NCBI GenBank assembly: GCA_051532055.1
Contig: JAOPTX010000017.1
Coordinates: 1 to 64,000, forward strand
Source: Fibrobacterales bacterium
Lineage (GTDB): Bacteria > Fibrobacterota > Fibrobacteria > Fibrobacterales > JAOPTW01
Reading direction: 5' to 3'
DNA: 64,000 nt
Shown: one piece after another, positions 12,604 through 22,651 of the stretch
Numbering within the stretch: position 1 is the stretch's first letter
Layout of the letters: each line of letters starts with the position of its first letter
The notes under the pieces: model-generated
Databases searched by the model: none
Told to the model about the DNA's origin: nothing
The model's input: only the letters and a program-made list of their open reading frames with translations
Made by a program: the position numbers and the translations under genes

Positions 12604-13442
12604 TTAAAATGGCTCTTCCTAACAAAGGTCAACTATTTGAACCAACCATTGAACTCCTGAAAGAGTGTGGATATAAGGCAAAAAAATCAAGAAAATCTTT
12701 AACATGTATAGATGTTGAAAATGATATTGAGTTTTACTTTTTGCGACCTTATGATATTCCAATGTATGTTGCAGAAGGAATAATCGATTTAGGTGTTACT
12801 GGGATCGATTTTAATGAAGAACGATGTGGCAAGGCGACTAAAGTTATGGATCTTCATTTTGGCCATTCTAAGCTCTGTGCAGCCGTACCTAATGAAAGTG
12901 ACTACAAAGACATTATGGACCTTAAAAGTGCTCGCATAGCGACTTCTTTTCCAAATACAACTAAGAATTTCTTTGATTCCCCAGATATGCCAATTATAGA
13001 GTTAGAAGGTGCCGTTGAAATTTCGGTCAAATTAGGTATTGCTGATGCTGTAGTAGATATTGTTGAGACAGGTTCAACACTAAAACAGGCAGGACTCCGT
13101 TTGATTGGGGAACCAATGTCATATTCAAATGCTGCTATCTATGCCCATCCTGGAAGAGAAACAAGCCCTGAGCTTTTAAAGCTACAAAAAAGAATTACCG
13201 GTAAGCTTGTTGCATTGGATCATGTTATGGTTGAGTACGACGCTCCAAAAGGGTCACTTGAAGCAGTATGTAGGGTTACTCCCGGTATTGAATCTCCAAC
13301 GGTGATACCACTTCATGACCCTGCATGGTACTCAGTAAAATCTATGATAAAAAAATCTGAGTCAAATGTTATAATGGATAAATTGTCAGAACTCGGATGT
13401 AAAGGCGTCATCATTACTGCTATTGAGAGTGCTAGAATTTAA
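12600..13442 (+). CDS. hisG: ATP phosphoribosyltransferase, long form
   Basis: ALPNKG, GAVE, DIVETGSTL, C-terminal regulatory domain PGIESPTV. Confidence 0.96.
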   Translation: MIKMALPNKGQLFEPTIELLKECGYKAKKSRKSLTCIDVENDIEFYFLRPYDIPMYVAEGIIDLGVTGIDFNEERCGKATKVMDLHFGHSKLCAAVPNESDYKDIMDLKSARIATSFPNTTKNFFDSPDMPIIELEGAVEISVKLGIADAVVDIVETGSTLKQAGLRLIGEPMSYSNAAIYAHPGRETSPELLKLQKRITGKLVALDHVMVEYDAPKGSLEAVCRVTPGIESPTVIPLHDPAWYSVKSMIKKSESNVIMDKLSELGCKGVIITAIESARI

Positions 13443-13467
13443 AAGTATTACCTTAATTACTACAGTG

Positions 13468-13495
13468 GCTGTTATCGAAAAGGTAGCAGCTTTTT
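13468..13495 (+). terminator. Intrinsic terminator after hisG
   Basis: GCTGTTATC-GAAAA-GGTAGCAGC then TTTTT. Confidence 0.65.
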
Positions 13496-13535
13496 ATTAT
13501 TAAATAATCAAGAATAGGCAATTAAACTGAATTAC

Positions 13536-14390
13536 CTATTCTGTAGTATACATGCTCCGATATTCTTTGGGGGTTTTTGATGTTTCTTGTTTGAATTTTT
13601 TGCAAAAATAGGCTGTGTCATTAAATCCACATTGTTCTGCAATTTCGGAAATAGAGACGTTTTGATTGTTCAATAGTGTTATGGCAGAATTAATTTTTCT
13701 TTTAAGAAGATACTCGTTATATGTGAGATCAAAATACGATTTAAAAAGTCTAGAAAAATGAAATTTTGAAAGATTACATAGCAATGCAGCATTATCAAGA
13801 GGTAGGTTATATATCGAATTTTCTTCTAGGTGTTTCAGCAGTGGTGTAAACTGAAGAATTCCCTTAGTGGGCCGATTTGGTGCGATTTCTAAAATTGGGG
13901 CTTGCCGAATCTGGTCTAACACTAGTTGTAAAATGAGGCTAATTATCCGTTGCGCAAGGGTTCTATTTTCAGATTGATACACCTCTTGATACCAATCGAA
14001 AAGATAGTCAAAATGCCGATTTATTTCGTTTGTTAGAATCGATACAGAAGGAGTATGAAATATTTCTTTTACTTGTCCAAAATGATACGCTGTGAGAAGT
14101 GTCGGTTCAAACTGAAGGAGTGACCACGAACGACGTGTTTCTGTGGGGAATCTTATATCATGTACTGACATTGATGGTATAAATACTAAGGTATTTGGTA
14201 CCAAGTCATATTCGATTCCATCAATACTTAAAACTCCATCCGATACATAATCGTATTTTATGATCTCATGAAGTTTGTGAAAGTGGGTAAAATTCCAGAA
14301 TGTATCTTCCGGTTCTTGATCTACCCGTGACAGATATACATGATGACTAGAGTCAGGGGTAATATTTTCATATTGAATAGGTGTAGTCAT
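13536..14390 (-). CDS. AraC family transcriptional regulator
   Basis: N-terminal cupin HFHKLHEI; C-terminal HTH LSKFHFSRLFK...IAEQCGFNDTAYFCKKFK. Confidence 0.92.
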   Translation of the reverse strand: MTTPIQYENITPDSSHHVYLSRVDQEPEDTFWNFTHFHKLHEIIKYDYVSDGVLSIDGIEYDLVPNTLVFIPSMSVHDIRFPTETRRSWSLLQFEPTLLTAYHFGQVKEIFHTPSVSILTNEINRHFDYLFDWYQEVYQSENRTLAQRIISLILQLVLDQIRQAPILEIAPNRPTKGILQFTPLLKHLEENSIYNLPLDNAALLCNLSKFHFSRLFKSYFDLTYNEYLLKRKINSAITLLNNQNVSISEIAEQCGFNDTAYFCKKFKQETSKTPKEYRSMYTTE

Positions 14391-14453
14391 AAATAATTAT
14401 GCGTATTGATAGAACGTCGTAATTACAGATATAATAAAGAGTCGTGGTAAAAA

Positions 14454-15419
14454 CTAGAGCAGGTTACGACGTTGAAGAGATTCAATTAAAGTTGGTGGGA
14501 GCCATTTAAGCATAGGCTTATACTGAGATTTTTTTAATTGTTTTAAATAAGTTGCTGCTTGTGTATTTTCATTAATTTGGGTATGAAATAGTGCGAGATT
14601 GGCTAGGGCGCAGAGGTACCTGACTGATCCTGGAGCGATTGCAGAGTATTCGGTTAAGCTATTTTTATAGATATCAATTGCTTTTTGTATATCTCCTTGG
14701 GTGTAGTAGAAGTCAGCGAGTATTTGGTGAGAGATTCGGTCATCAGGAAAACTTATTAATAGTTTTTTTATGAGAGCTATTGCATCTCCATATCGTTTTT
14801 CTTCTAGATAGATCCAACTTAACGTATGTATAAAATATTTTTTAAACCAGCGGGATGCGTGAGCACCCTTTGCAAGTGGTTGTATATATTCCTTTGCGTT
14901 AGAGAAGGGAACCCATGACAACGACAGCTCGATATAATAATGGTATATTGCAGAAAATGCCTGTGCATCTGTATTTTGAGTGAGGCGGGCAAGGTTATTT
15001 GAAGCAGATCGAATTTGTAAGGCAGCTGATACTGATTTGCCTTGTAATTCGTTTACATAGGCTCTTTGTAAACGAATAAGGTTAAGCCAGAAGAGTGAAT
15101 GGTTACTTTCTTCTATTTGATTAAAATAGTGTTCACAAGGAGAAAGAATCGAATCGGCAACGAGTACATCTGTACTATCACCTAAATCATCAAAACGGTT
15201 AATGTAGACAATTGCTATGAATGTTTGAATTGTCATTTGATGGAGTGTAGATGGAGGGTTTTTAACGGAATATGATTCTAAAAGGGTAATTGCTTTAGAG
15301 TATTGCTGGTTATTTGAAAGGGTTACTGCTGAGTCCAAAAGAGGGTAATGAGTTTGTTTACTGTGTGCAAGAGAGATTAAGTGAAATACAAAGAATAGAG
15401 TGTGGATATATTTGGTCAT
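14454..15419 (-). CDS. Secreted TPR-like hypothetical protein
   Basis: Signal-peptide-like N-terminus; helical repeats such as LADFYYTQGDIQKAIDIY. Confidence 0.65.
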   Translation of the reverse strand: MTKYIHTLFFVFHLISLAHSKQTHYPLLDSAVTLSNNQQYSKAITLLESYSVKNPPSTLHQMTIQTFIAIVYINRFDDLGDSTDVLVADSILSPCEHYFNQIEESNHSLFWLNLIRLQRAYVNELQGKSVSAALQIRSASNNLARLTQNTDAQAFSAIYHYYIELSLSWVPFSNAKEYIQPLAKGAHASRWFKKYFIHTLSWIYLEEKRYGDAIALIKKLLISFPDDRISHQILADFYYTQGDIQKAIDIYKNSLTEYSAIAPGSVRYLCALANLALFHTQINENTQAATYLKQLKKSQYKPMLKWLPPTLIESLQRRNLL

Positions 15420-15472
15420 TGTTTTATATATAGCTATTATTTAATGGATAGGTATGAGAAATTGGTTTGAAA

Positions 15473-16192
15473 ATGACTACACAATCAAGTGGGCCACAGA
15501 TTATAGGGTTGGTAACACCAGAGGTGTTTTTTGATGGAAATTTTAAGTTACAAGATGAAATAGCACTCTGTGATATACTTGAAATTAGATACGATCTTTT
15601 TGAAAACCTGTCAGAGTGGAAATATATAGCACCCGCAGTCCGAGCTTCGTTTAGTGATAAAGAAATCATTGGAACTATAAGATTAGAATCAGATGGAGGG
15701 GCATTTGATAATGGCTTTGTAGAAAAACGTAACACAATACTTTATGAGTTAATGCTTCTTGGAAAATGGGATTGGGTTGACATTGAGTATGAAAACATGA
15801 ATATCATTCCCTCCTTCATAAAAGAAGCTCGTAATACCGAAACTAAAATTATAACGTCACATCATAATTTCAATGCTGCTTATTCTAGAGAAGAGTACAT
15901 TGCAAAATCGATGAAAATGACAGGAGCAGGAAGTGATGCTATTAAGTTTTCAGTCATGGTTTCTACTGAAGAGGAATTAAAGTCACTCTATCGCTTTGTT
16001 GAAGAGAATGAAAATAGAGAGTTGAAGTTACCACTCTTTAGTGTTTTTTCTATGGGGGAGTTTGCTCAATCAACTCGAGTAAAGATGCCGACGCTTGGAG
16101 CACCATGTACATATGGTTTTTTTGGTGAGAATCAACCCGTTTCAGGGCAAATTAGTGTAAAAACTTTGTATCAAAAGCTTAAAAATGGATGA
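15473..16192 (+). CDS. aroD: Type I 3-dehydroquinate dehydratase
   Basis: DILEIRYD, TIRLESDGG, DIE, SHHNF, SMGE, GQ motifs. Confidence 0.85.
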   Translation: MTTQSSGPQIIGLVTPEVFFDGNFKLQDEIALCDILEIRYDLFENLSEWKYIAPAVRASFSDKEIIGTIRLESDGGAFDNGFVEKRNTILYELMLLGKWDWVDIEYENMNIIPSFIKEARNTETKIITSHHNFNAAYSREEYIAKSMKMTGAGSDAIKFSVMVSTEEELKSLYRFVEENENRELKLPLFSVFSMGEFAQSTRVKMPTLGAPCTYGFFGENQPVSGQISVKTLYQKLKNG

Positions 16193-16286
16193 TTTTGGGC
16201 GCTTTTAAATAGGATCCTTAAAAGAAGCTTTTAAGTGCGGTTACAATTTCCTATACTTGGATCACAATTTTTTTGGGTAGCTAATT

Positions 16287-16751
16287 ATGAGACTTTCAGA
16301 ACGACTCATTGAAGATGGTATTATTATTAACTCTGTAAATAGAGAAAAAAATGCCCTCATTGAAGAACTTGTAGATACCCTTGTAAAAGCGTATGGCCTT
16401 GAGCATCGCGACTCTATTCTTGACTCTGTACTTGACCGTGAAAGCAAACTTTCTACAGGCATTGGTTGTGGTCTTGCAGTACCTCACGCTAAGATTGATC
16501 ATATTGATAAAATGTATATGGTAGCGATGAGCGTGAAAGAAGGCGTTGATTTTGAAGCAATTGATAAGGAACCGGTGTTTCTTTTCTTTTTGGTAATTTC
16601 TCCAAGTAGTACCGTAGGGCCCCACATTAAGGCTCTATCATCTATCTCTCGTATAATGGCTGATGCAGAAGTTCGTCAACAGTTGGTTAACGCTGAGTCT
16701 ACAAAAGAGTTCATTGACTTTCTTCTGACCGCCGAAGAAAAATACCTCTAA
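16287..16751 (+). CDS. PTS EIIA domain protein (fructose/nitrogen-regulatory type)
   Basis: RESKLSTGIGCGLAVPHAK phospho-His motif. Confidence 0.88.
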   Translation: MRLSERLIEDGIIINSVNREKNALIEELVDTLVKAYGLEHRDSILDSVLDRESKLSTGIGCGLAVPHAKIDHIDKMYMVAMSVKEGVDFEAIDKEPVFLFFLVISPSSTVGPHIKALSSISRIMADAEVRQQLVNAESTKEFIDFLLTAEEKYL

Positions 16752-16758
16752 ACGTTAC

Positions 16759-16861
16759 TTTTCTATTTTAAACAGTACATTGCTGCGTTATATTCTCCTC
16801 GGCGTACCATGTGTACGAAGTTGTCGGATATGCCTTGCACTGCACTATTTAAAATAGAAAA
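16759..16861. repeat. Structured intergenic hairpin element, copy 1
   Basis: 25 bp terminal inverted repeat TTTTCTATTTTAAACAGTACATTGC with 3 mismatches; core CTGCGTTA..CGTAC..TGTACG..TGCCTTG shared with 20301-20408. Confidence 0.8.
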
Positions 16862-16970
16862 TTGTATTATGTAGCTTACTAGTTCAGTTCGCTTTTCGAG
16901 CCTTTTTGATACCATTATTTGTATGGTTTGCTTTGCAAGCTGTCTCTATCTTAAATCTTTAGGCGGGGTG

Positions 16971-17705
16971 TTACCCTAAACTGATTTGATATTGGGATTG
17001 GGTTATTTCGCCGTTATCGATGCTAATGTAATGAAGAGCAAACAGCCAATCTCCATTTACAATGAAAGAACCGTCTTCTTGGTGAGAGGCGTAAGGGGTG
17101 TGTAAATGGCCTTGGATAAATATATCAGCACTTTCTTCTTTAAGAATTGAGCGGGCAGTAGATTCGTATTCATGCATAAGAGACGTAGTGTCTTTTTGAG
17201 CGTATCTGCTTTTGTTGCCAACGAACCGGGCAAGTCTCATGCCCCAGTCGGGATGGAGAAGCTTAAAAAGAAAATTATTCAATGGACTTCTGATAATTCT
17301 TTTTGCTATTCGATATTTCCAGTCACTCGTTGAAAGCCCATCACCATGCATAAAGCATATTTTTTTATTTCCACTCCACGTGAGATACCGATCAGGGTGG
17401 ACCGTGATACCGAGGTGGGTAGTGAAAAATTGACCGAGATTGAAATCGTGATTGCCGGCAACATAGTGTATCTCAGTTCCTGAGTCAGAAAGAGACTGTA
17501 GAGCAGCGAGTACACGAAAATGATTCTTATTTATATAGTCAGAATACTCCATCCAAAACTCAAAAAAATCTCCGCCTATAATCAGTTGGGAGGCAGTACC
17601 TTTGAGACTTTGAAGAAATGAAATAAGCTGATATTCTCGGTCAGGAACGGTACCGGGCTCATCACATCCCAGATGGACATCAGAGATGAAATAAATAGGC
17701 TTCAT
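16971..17705 (-). CDS. lpxH: UDP-2,3-diacylglucosamine diphosphatase (LpxH-like metallophosphoesterase)
   Basis: FISDVHLG, GDFFEFW, GNHDF, HGD, GHLH; start trimmed to MKPIYF. Confidence 0.8.
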   Translation of the reverse strand: MKPIYFISDVHLGCDEPGTVPDREYQLISFLQSLKGTASQLIIGGDFFEFWMEYSDYINKNHFRVLAALQSLSDSGTEIHYVAGNHDFNLGQFFTTHLGITVHPDRYLTWSGNKKICFMHGDGLSTSDWKYRIAKRIIRSPLNNFLFKLLHPDWGMRLARFVGNKSRYAQKDTTSLMHEYESTARSILKEESADIFIQGHLHTPYASHQEDGSFIVNGDWLFALHYISIDNGEITQSQYQISLG

Positions 17706-17706
17706 A

Positions 17707-18873
17707 TTAGTAGGCGCCTTCGCCTTTAAAAACAACTTTAAAAGTTTTACCAATGAGTTTGAAATCTTCTTTTATGGAGCCGTGGCGAATGTATTGATTG
17801 TCTAGGCGCATCCATTCTTCGAAACCAATATTACTTCTCCCCGATACCTGCCAATGACAGGTGAGCCCAGGCTTGACTGAAAGTCGCATTTGGTGCCATG
17901 GTAGGTATTCTTTTACTTCACGAGGAATTGGTGGTCGCGGCCCTACAATGGACATCTCACCTTTTATTATGTTGATGAGTTGAGGAAGTTCATCAAGACT
18001 ATATTTTCTTATGAATGTTCCAATGGGAGTGACGCGAGGGTCATTTTTTATTTTGAAAACCGGACCATCTGTCTCGTTAAGGCCACTAGATTTTAGCTCA
18101 TTGAGTCGAGCTTCAGCATCGAGGTACATAGAACGAAACTTGATCATATAAAATGTTTTGCCATTAAGACCAACGCGTTCTTGTTTAAAAAATATTGGTC
18201 CCTTGTCGATAAATTTTATGATACCAGAAATAATTAAAAAGAGGGGTAAGAGAATAAGAAGCCCACCCATGGCACCAGAAAAATCTATAGAGCGTTTGAC
18301 GATATTAATAAATGAAAAGCTCCATTTGTTTACTTTGAGTTTAGAGTAACTATAAGGTTCAATGGTAAAGAGACCTTCATTGATGTAATTAAATTTTTCC
18401 ATCAATTTTTCGGTGTTGCTATGTTTCTTACCCGATTGGCCACTAAAGTAAAATGCTTGGAAAAAAGGTTTTTTAGGCTCAAGTTTGGTTCGTACTTTAT
18501 CAAGAAGACCAGCTTCTTCGATATTATGTAGAATCTGTTTCTTGATTTGCTGAATATCTTTTACCGTTTTATTGATAAGAATGATACTCAAGCCAGAGTT
18601 GTTGTGCATAAACCCTTTGATATCAATAATCGAAGAATTGGAAAATACAGTGAGCACAGCGATCTTCCATGCTGTTAAGGTATCATTCGCAATTTTTTCA
18701 AAACCAAAGAGGTCATACTGTTCTGTAGAGATTTGAATGAGGGTAAAGGGCATGTGAGAACGAGTACTCCGGAGAATCTCTTCTTTGAGCCGCATGTCAA
18801 ATAGTTCGGGTGAGTATATCGTTGAGTTGCTATTCTCACCTTCGGTAATGATCTCTTTAATCTCTTCGAGCAT
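17707..18873 (-). CDS. Priming phosphoglycosyl transferase (Bac_transf) with N-terminal degenerate GGDEF-like region
   Basis: KRSIDF, KFRSM, DPRVTPIG, SLDELPQL, VGPRP, KPGLT; N-terminus resembles the start of a GGDEF domain. Confidence 0.9.
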   Translation of the reverse strand: MLEEIKEIITEGENSNSTIYSPELFDMRLKEEILRSTRSHMPFTLIQISTEQYDLFGFEKIANDTLTAWKIAVLTVFSNSSIIDIKGFMHNNSGLSIILINKTVKDIQQIKKQILHNIEEAGLLDKVRTKLEPKKPFFQAFYFSGQSGKKHSNTEKLMEKFNYINEGLFTIEPYSYSKLKVNKWSFSFINIVKRSIDFSGAMGGLLILLPLFLIISGIIKFIDKGPIFFKQERVGLNGKTFYMIKFRSMYLDAEARLNELKSSGLNETDGPVFKIKNDPRVTPIGTFIRKYSLDELPQLINIIKGEMSIVGPRPPIPREVKEYLPWHQMRLSVKPGLTCHWQVSGRSNIGFEEWMRLDNQYIRHGSIKEDFKLIGKTFKVVFKGEGAY

Positions 18874-19023
18874 AGTGCGTCGCTCAGTCCCTGGAATTAA
18901 CCTCTTTGTAACAAATATAGTGAAAAATTGAAATATTTGGCCAATTGAGCACCTTATCTGTGGTGATTTGAAATATGTGAATCAAAATTTGTATTTTTGG
19001 CATAAACATTTATTGAGGCATCT

Positions 19024-20301
19024 ATGAGCATTCGCATTGGTATTATTGGACTAGGTACAGTGGGTTCTGGGACCTACGAAATTCTATCGAGCAAAAGAGA
19101 TTCCTTTATCAAAAACCTTGGGGTGGACCTCGAAGTTACTCTAGTTTGTGCTCGTGAAGATGCTATTTTGTCTGGGTTTGCAGCAAAAGGCATTGCGACA
19201 ACTAAAGATGCACTTGAACTTGTGAATAATGAAAATGTTGATATTGTTATTGAGCTTGCTGGTGGATATGACCTTCCCAAAGAGTGGATTTTAACGGCTC
19301 TTAAAAATAAGAAACATGTCGTTACTGCAAATAAAGCTCTCATTGCCAAGTATGGTGCAGAACTCTTTCCGGTGGCAGAAGCGAATGGTGTTGCGTTGAT
19401 GTTCGAAGCTGCAATTGGTGGCGGGATACCTATCATCAAAGCGATGCAAGAGTCGTTGGTAGGGAATGAATACCAATCGCTGAACTGTATTATTAATGGC
19501 ACCTGTAACTACATTATGACCGAAATGACCCAAAAAGGGTCTGAGTATAAAAAGACCCTGAAAATAGCACAAGAACTTGGGTATGCGGAAGCTGACCCTA
19601 CTTTTGATGTAGAGGGAATTGATTCAGCTCACAAAACAGCTATTCTAGCTTCTATTTGCTCAAAAACATTTGTTGACTTTGAAAAAATGCACATCTCGGG
19701 GATCAGTACTATTGAACCTGTTGATATTGATATCGCAAAAGAGATGGGCTATTGTATCAAACTTCTTGGCACAGTTTGCCAAACTGAGGCTGGTGTCGAC
19801 GCTCGAGTGCACCCGTGTTTAATCTCTTATGATCATCTTCTTGCAGGAGTTAATGGTGTATTGAATGCAGTCTATCTTGAGACTGATAATCTTGGCCCAA
19901 CTCTTCAGACGGGTGCAGGTGCAGGTAAGCTTCCTACAGCATCAGCAGTAGTTGGTGATGTTGTAGATATAGCTCGTCAATTGACTGCTGGTAAAGCGAA
20001 CCCTATCCCAATGGGATACTATAGTCGTGAAAATGAAGCGAAATTAATCTCTATTGATGAGCTTGTTACTAAGTTCTATTTGAGATTTACAGCAAACGAT
20101 GAACCAGGTGTTCTTGCTTCCATCACTTCGGCACTCAGTAAGAAAAATATTTCCGTTGAATCTATTATTCAAAAACCTGTCTCTGAACATGACGCTGCGA
20201 CTATTATTGTAGTAACTCATGAGTGTAGAGAGGCGGATGTGAATGCCGCTGTAGCAAGTCTATCGGGTCTAGAGACCCCTCAAATAATCCGTTTCGCTTA
20301 A
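19024..20301 (+). CDS. hom: Homoserine dehydrogenase with C-terminal ACT domain
   Basis: GLGTVG, VVTANK, EAAIGGGIP, GYAEADPTFDVEG, DEPGVLA. Confidence 0.96.
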   Translation: MSIRIGIIGLGTVGSGTYEILSSKRDSFIKNLGVDLEVTLVCAREDAILSGFAAKGIATTKDALELVNNENVDIVIELAGGYDLPKEWILTALKNKKHVVTANKALIAKYGAELFPVAEANGVALMFEAAIGGGIPIIKAMQESLVGNEYQSLNCIINGTCNYIMTEMTQKGSEYKKTLKIAQELGYAEADPTFDVEGIDSAHKTAILASICSKTFVDFEKMHISGISTIEPVDIDIAKEMGYCIKLLGTVCQTEAGVDARVHPCLISYDHLLAGVNGVLNAVYLETDNLGPTLQTGAGAGKLPTASAVVGDVVDIARQLTAGKANPIPMGYYSRENEAKLISIDELVTKFYLRFTANDEPGVLASITSALSKKNISVESIIQKPVSEHDAATIIVVTHECREADVNAAVASLSGLETPQIIRFA

Positions 20302-20408
20302 TTTTTTCGGAAAGAGGCGTGCATCTACTGCGTTAATTGAAACTTGACGTACAAATGTACGTCTACCTTCCAATTGCCTTGTATCTACACACCTCTTTCC
20401 GAAAAAAT
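20301..20408. repeat. Structured intergenic hairpin element, copy 2
   Basis: Terminal inverted repeat ATTTTTTCGGAAAGAGG; inner GACGTACA-AA-TGTACGTC; same core and spacing as 16759-16861. Confidence 0.8.
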
Positions 20409-20511
20409 GAGTTCATTTTTGTTACTGGATGTACTTCGCACATCTTCGTTTTTTTGGGTTCATGTTAAAATGAGGGGATTGGGGCATAGTATTCATGCAC
20501 TTCGTGGTTCT

Positions 20512-21141
20512 TTAAATGTCTTTTCGGCCTATGGTTGAACAGATGGGGCAGGATTCTCGTTTGTGGCCTCGGGCCATGCAATACTCTCTGCCGTAGAAGA
20601 TGATTTGGAGGTGGAGCTTGTTCCAAAGATCTTCGGGGAAGAGGCGCTTGCAGTCTTTTTCGGTTTGCTCCACATTTTTGCCAATGGAGAGTTTCCAGCG
20701 ATAGGCAAGTCGATGGATGTGGGTGTCTACTGGAAATGCAGGGTAGCCAAAAACCTGGGACATGACAACGGCTGCTGTTTTATGACCCACACCAGGGAGG
20801 GCTTCAAGGTCTTCATAGGTGTCAGGTACTTCACCCCCATGTTCATCAATTAAGATATGGGAGAGGTCATAAATAGCTTTAGATTTTCTTGGTGAGAGGC
20901 CACATGGTCTAATGATTTTTTTGATATCTTCTACCGACTGTTTGGCCATTTTTTGTGGGGTATTGGCCATCCTGAAAAGTGCAGGCGTTACGGTGTTGAC
21001 TCGTGCATCGGTGCATTGAGCAGAGAGGAGTACTGCTATAAGCAGGGTATATGCATCACTATGGTCAAGAGGAATGGGAGTCTCGGGGTAGAGCTCTTCG
21101 AGGGTATCAACTATGTACTGGACTGACTCTTTTTTATTCAT
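20512..21141 (-). CDS. nth: Endonuclease III
   Basis: LLSAQCTD, HhH LPGVGHKTA, VDTHIHR, C-terminal Cys cluster. Confidence 0.95.
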   Translation of the reverse strand: MNKKESVQYIVDTLEELYPETPIPLDHSDAYTLLIAVLLSAQCTDARVNTVTPALFRMANTPQKMAKQSVEDIKKIIRPCGLSPRKSKAIYDLSHILIDEHGGEVPDTYEDLEALPGVGHKTAAVVMSQVFGYPAFPVDTHIHRLAYRWKLSIGKNVEQTEKDCKRLFPEDLWNKLHLQIIFYGREYCMARGHKRESCPICSTIGRKDI

Positions 21142-21146
21142 ATCGT

Positions 21147-21154
21147 CAAAGATA
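21147..21154 (-). promoter_or_regulatory. Putative TAnnTTTG promoter element (TATCTTTG) 5 nt before nth ATG
   Basis: Matches the Bacteroidota -7 consensus; the same 8-mer lies 7 nt before lipA. Confidence 0.45.
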
Positions 21155-21359
21155 AGATATTTGTTATAGGAAAACTCATGTCAAAAAGCTGAAGATCTAT
21201 TTTTTACAACTTCGAGATAGTCCATTAGTATTGGATAAGTGAGGTGTTAGGCAATACCATGGCATTATTCTTTAAATAGTGCCCCCTTCGGTAATCTGCT
21301 TTCAGCCTTTCCTCCCTTTTTTGCTATATTTCATCTATATGTACAGAAATGGATGCCCC

Positions 21360-22649
21360 ATGGAACAGCTTGTTTTACACCCGTCCCGTCTAGTCGATGG
21401 CGAAGTGACGATTCCCGGTTCAAAAAGTCTTTCAAATAGGATTTTACTTCTCGCGGCTCTTGCCGAAGGTGAAACCTCTATTGTGAACCTTCTTTCAAGT
21501 GATGATATAAATCATATGCTTGGGGCTTTTAAAAAATTGGGAATCACCGCTGAGCTTGGAGATACCTGCACGGTACAAGGGTGTGGTGGTCCAGTCTCGG
21601 TATCTGAACCCGTTGAACTCTTTTTAGGGAATGCAGGCACCGCAATGCGCCCACTTGCCGCGGCGCTCTGTCTTGGTCAGGGTGAGTTTATTCTTGATGG
21701 TGAACCTCGTATGCGTGAACGTCCTATTGGTGACCTTGTCGAAGCTCTAAGGCCGCTCGGTGCAGATATTGAATATTTGGCAGCTGAAGGGTATCCACCT
21801 CTTAAAATTAAAGCAAACGGCCTTAAAGGTGGTAAGACATCAGTAAAAGGCGGGATTTCGTCTCAATTCTTAACCGCACTTCTTATGGCGGCTCCCTATG
21901 CAGAAAATGACATTGAAATTACTGTTGAAGGTGAACTGGTTTCTAAGCCGTATATTGATATTACCACTCATGTGATGAAAACATTTGGTGTTGAGGTGGT
22001 TAACAATAATTACCAAAGTTTCGTTGTTAAAGCGGGACAAAAATATCGCGCTCCAGAGAAAGAGGCCTTCGTTGAAGGTGATGCATCGTCAGCATCCTAT
22101 TTTCTGGCAGCAGGAGCTATTGCTGGAGGTACGGTAAAAGTACATGGTTGTGGAACTGAAAGTGTCCAAGGTGATGCAAAATTTGCGGATGTACTCGAGG
22201 CGATGGGTGCAAAGATCACCTGGGGACCTACATGGATTCAGGTGGAAAAAGGTAATTTAACAGCGGTAGATATGGATATGAATCACATTCCTGATGCTGC
22301 AATGACCATTGCTACCACAGCTCTTTTTGCGAAAGGAACTACTGCGATACGAAACATATATAATTGGCGGGTAAAAGAGACTGATCGGTTGTATGCAATG
22401 GCGACTGAGCTCAGAAAGTTGGGCGCGACTGTTGTAGAGGGAGAAGATTTTATTGAAGTAACGCCTCCAGATAAGTTGACTCCAGCGGCTATTGACACCT
22501 ATGATGATCACCGCATTGCGATGTGCTTTTCTTTAGCATCTTTGAATAAAGGATGGCATGATGTAGATATTACCATCAATGATCCTAAAGTGACTTCGAA
22601 AACTTTCCCGACCTATTTTGATGAGTTAGCTAAACTGATTAAAGAATAA
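21360..22649 (+). CDS. aroA: EPSP synthase
   Basis: [40 protein letters not shown]. Confidence 0.97.
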   Translation: MEQLVLHPSRLVDGEVTIPGSKSLSNRILLLAALAEGETSIVNLLSSDDINHMLGAFKKLGITAELGDTCTVQGCGGPVSVSEPVELFLGNAGTAMRPLAAALCLGQGEFILDGEPRMRERPIGDLVEALRPLGADIEYLAAEGYPPLKIKANGLKGGKTSVKGGISSQFLTALLMAAPYAENDIEITVEGELVSKPYIDITTHVMKTFGVEVVNNNYQSFVVKAGQKYRAPEKEAFVEGDASSASYFLAAGAIAGGTVKVHGCGTESVQGDAKFADVLEAMGAKITWGPTWIQVEKGNLTAVDMDMNHIPDAAMTIATTALFAKGTTAIRNIYNWRVKETDRLYAMATELRKLGATVVEGEDFIEVTPPDKLTPAAIDTYDDHRIAMCFSLASLNKGWHDVDITINDPKVTSKTFPTYFDELAKLIKE

Positions 22650-22651
22650 GA

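Noticed and set aside
16759..20408. Hairpin elements as CRISPR repeats or integron attC sites
   Set aside because: Only two copies 3.4 kb apart with no spacer array, no cas or intI gene, and no RYYYAAC/GTTRRRY ends
20344..20538. 64 aa ORF downstream of hom
   Set aside because: Runs through the hairpin element and into the nth 3' end; TTG start, no RBS, no motif
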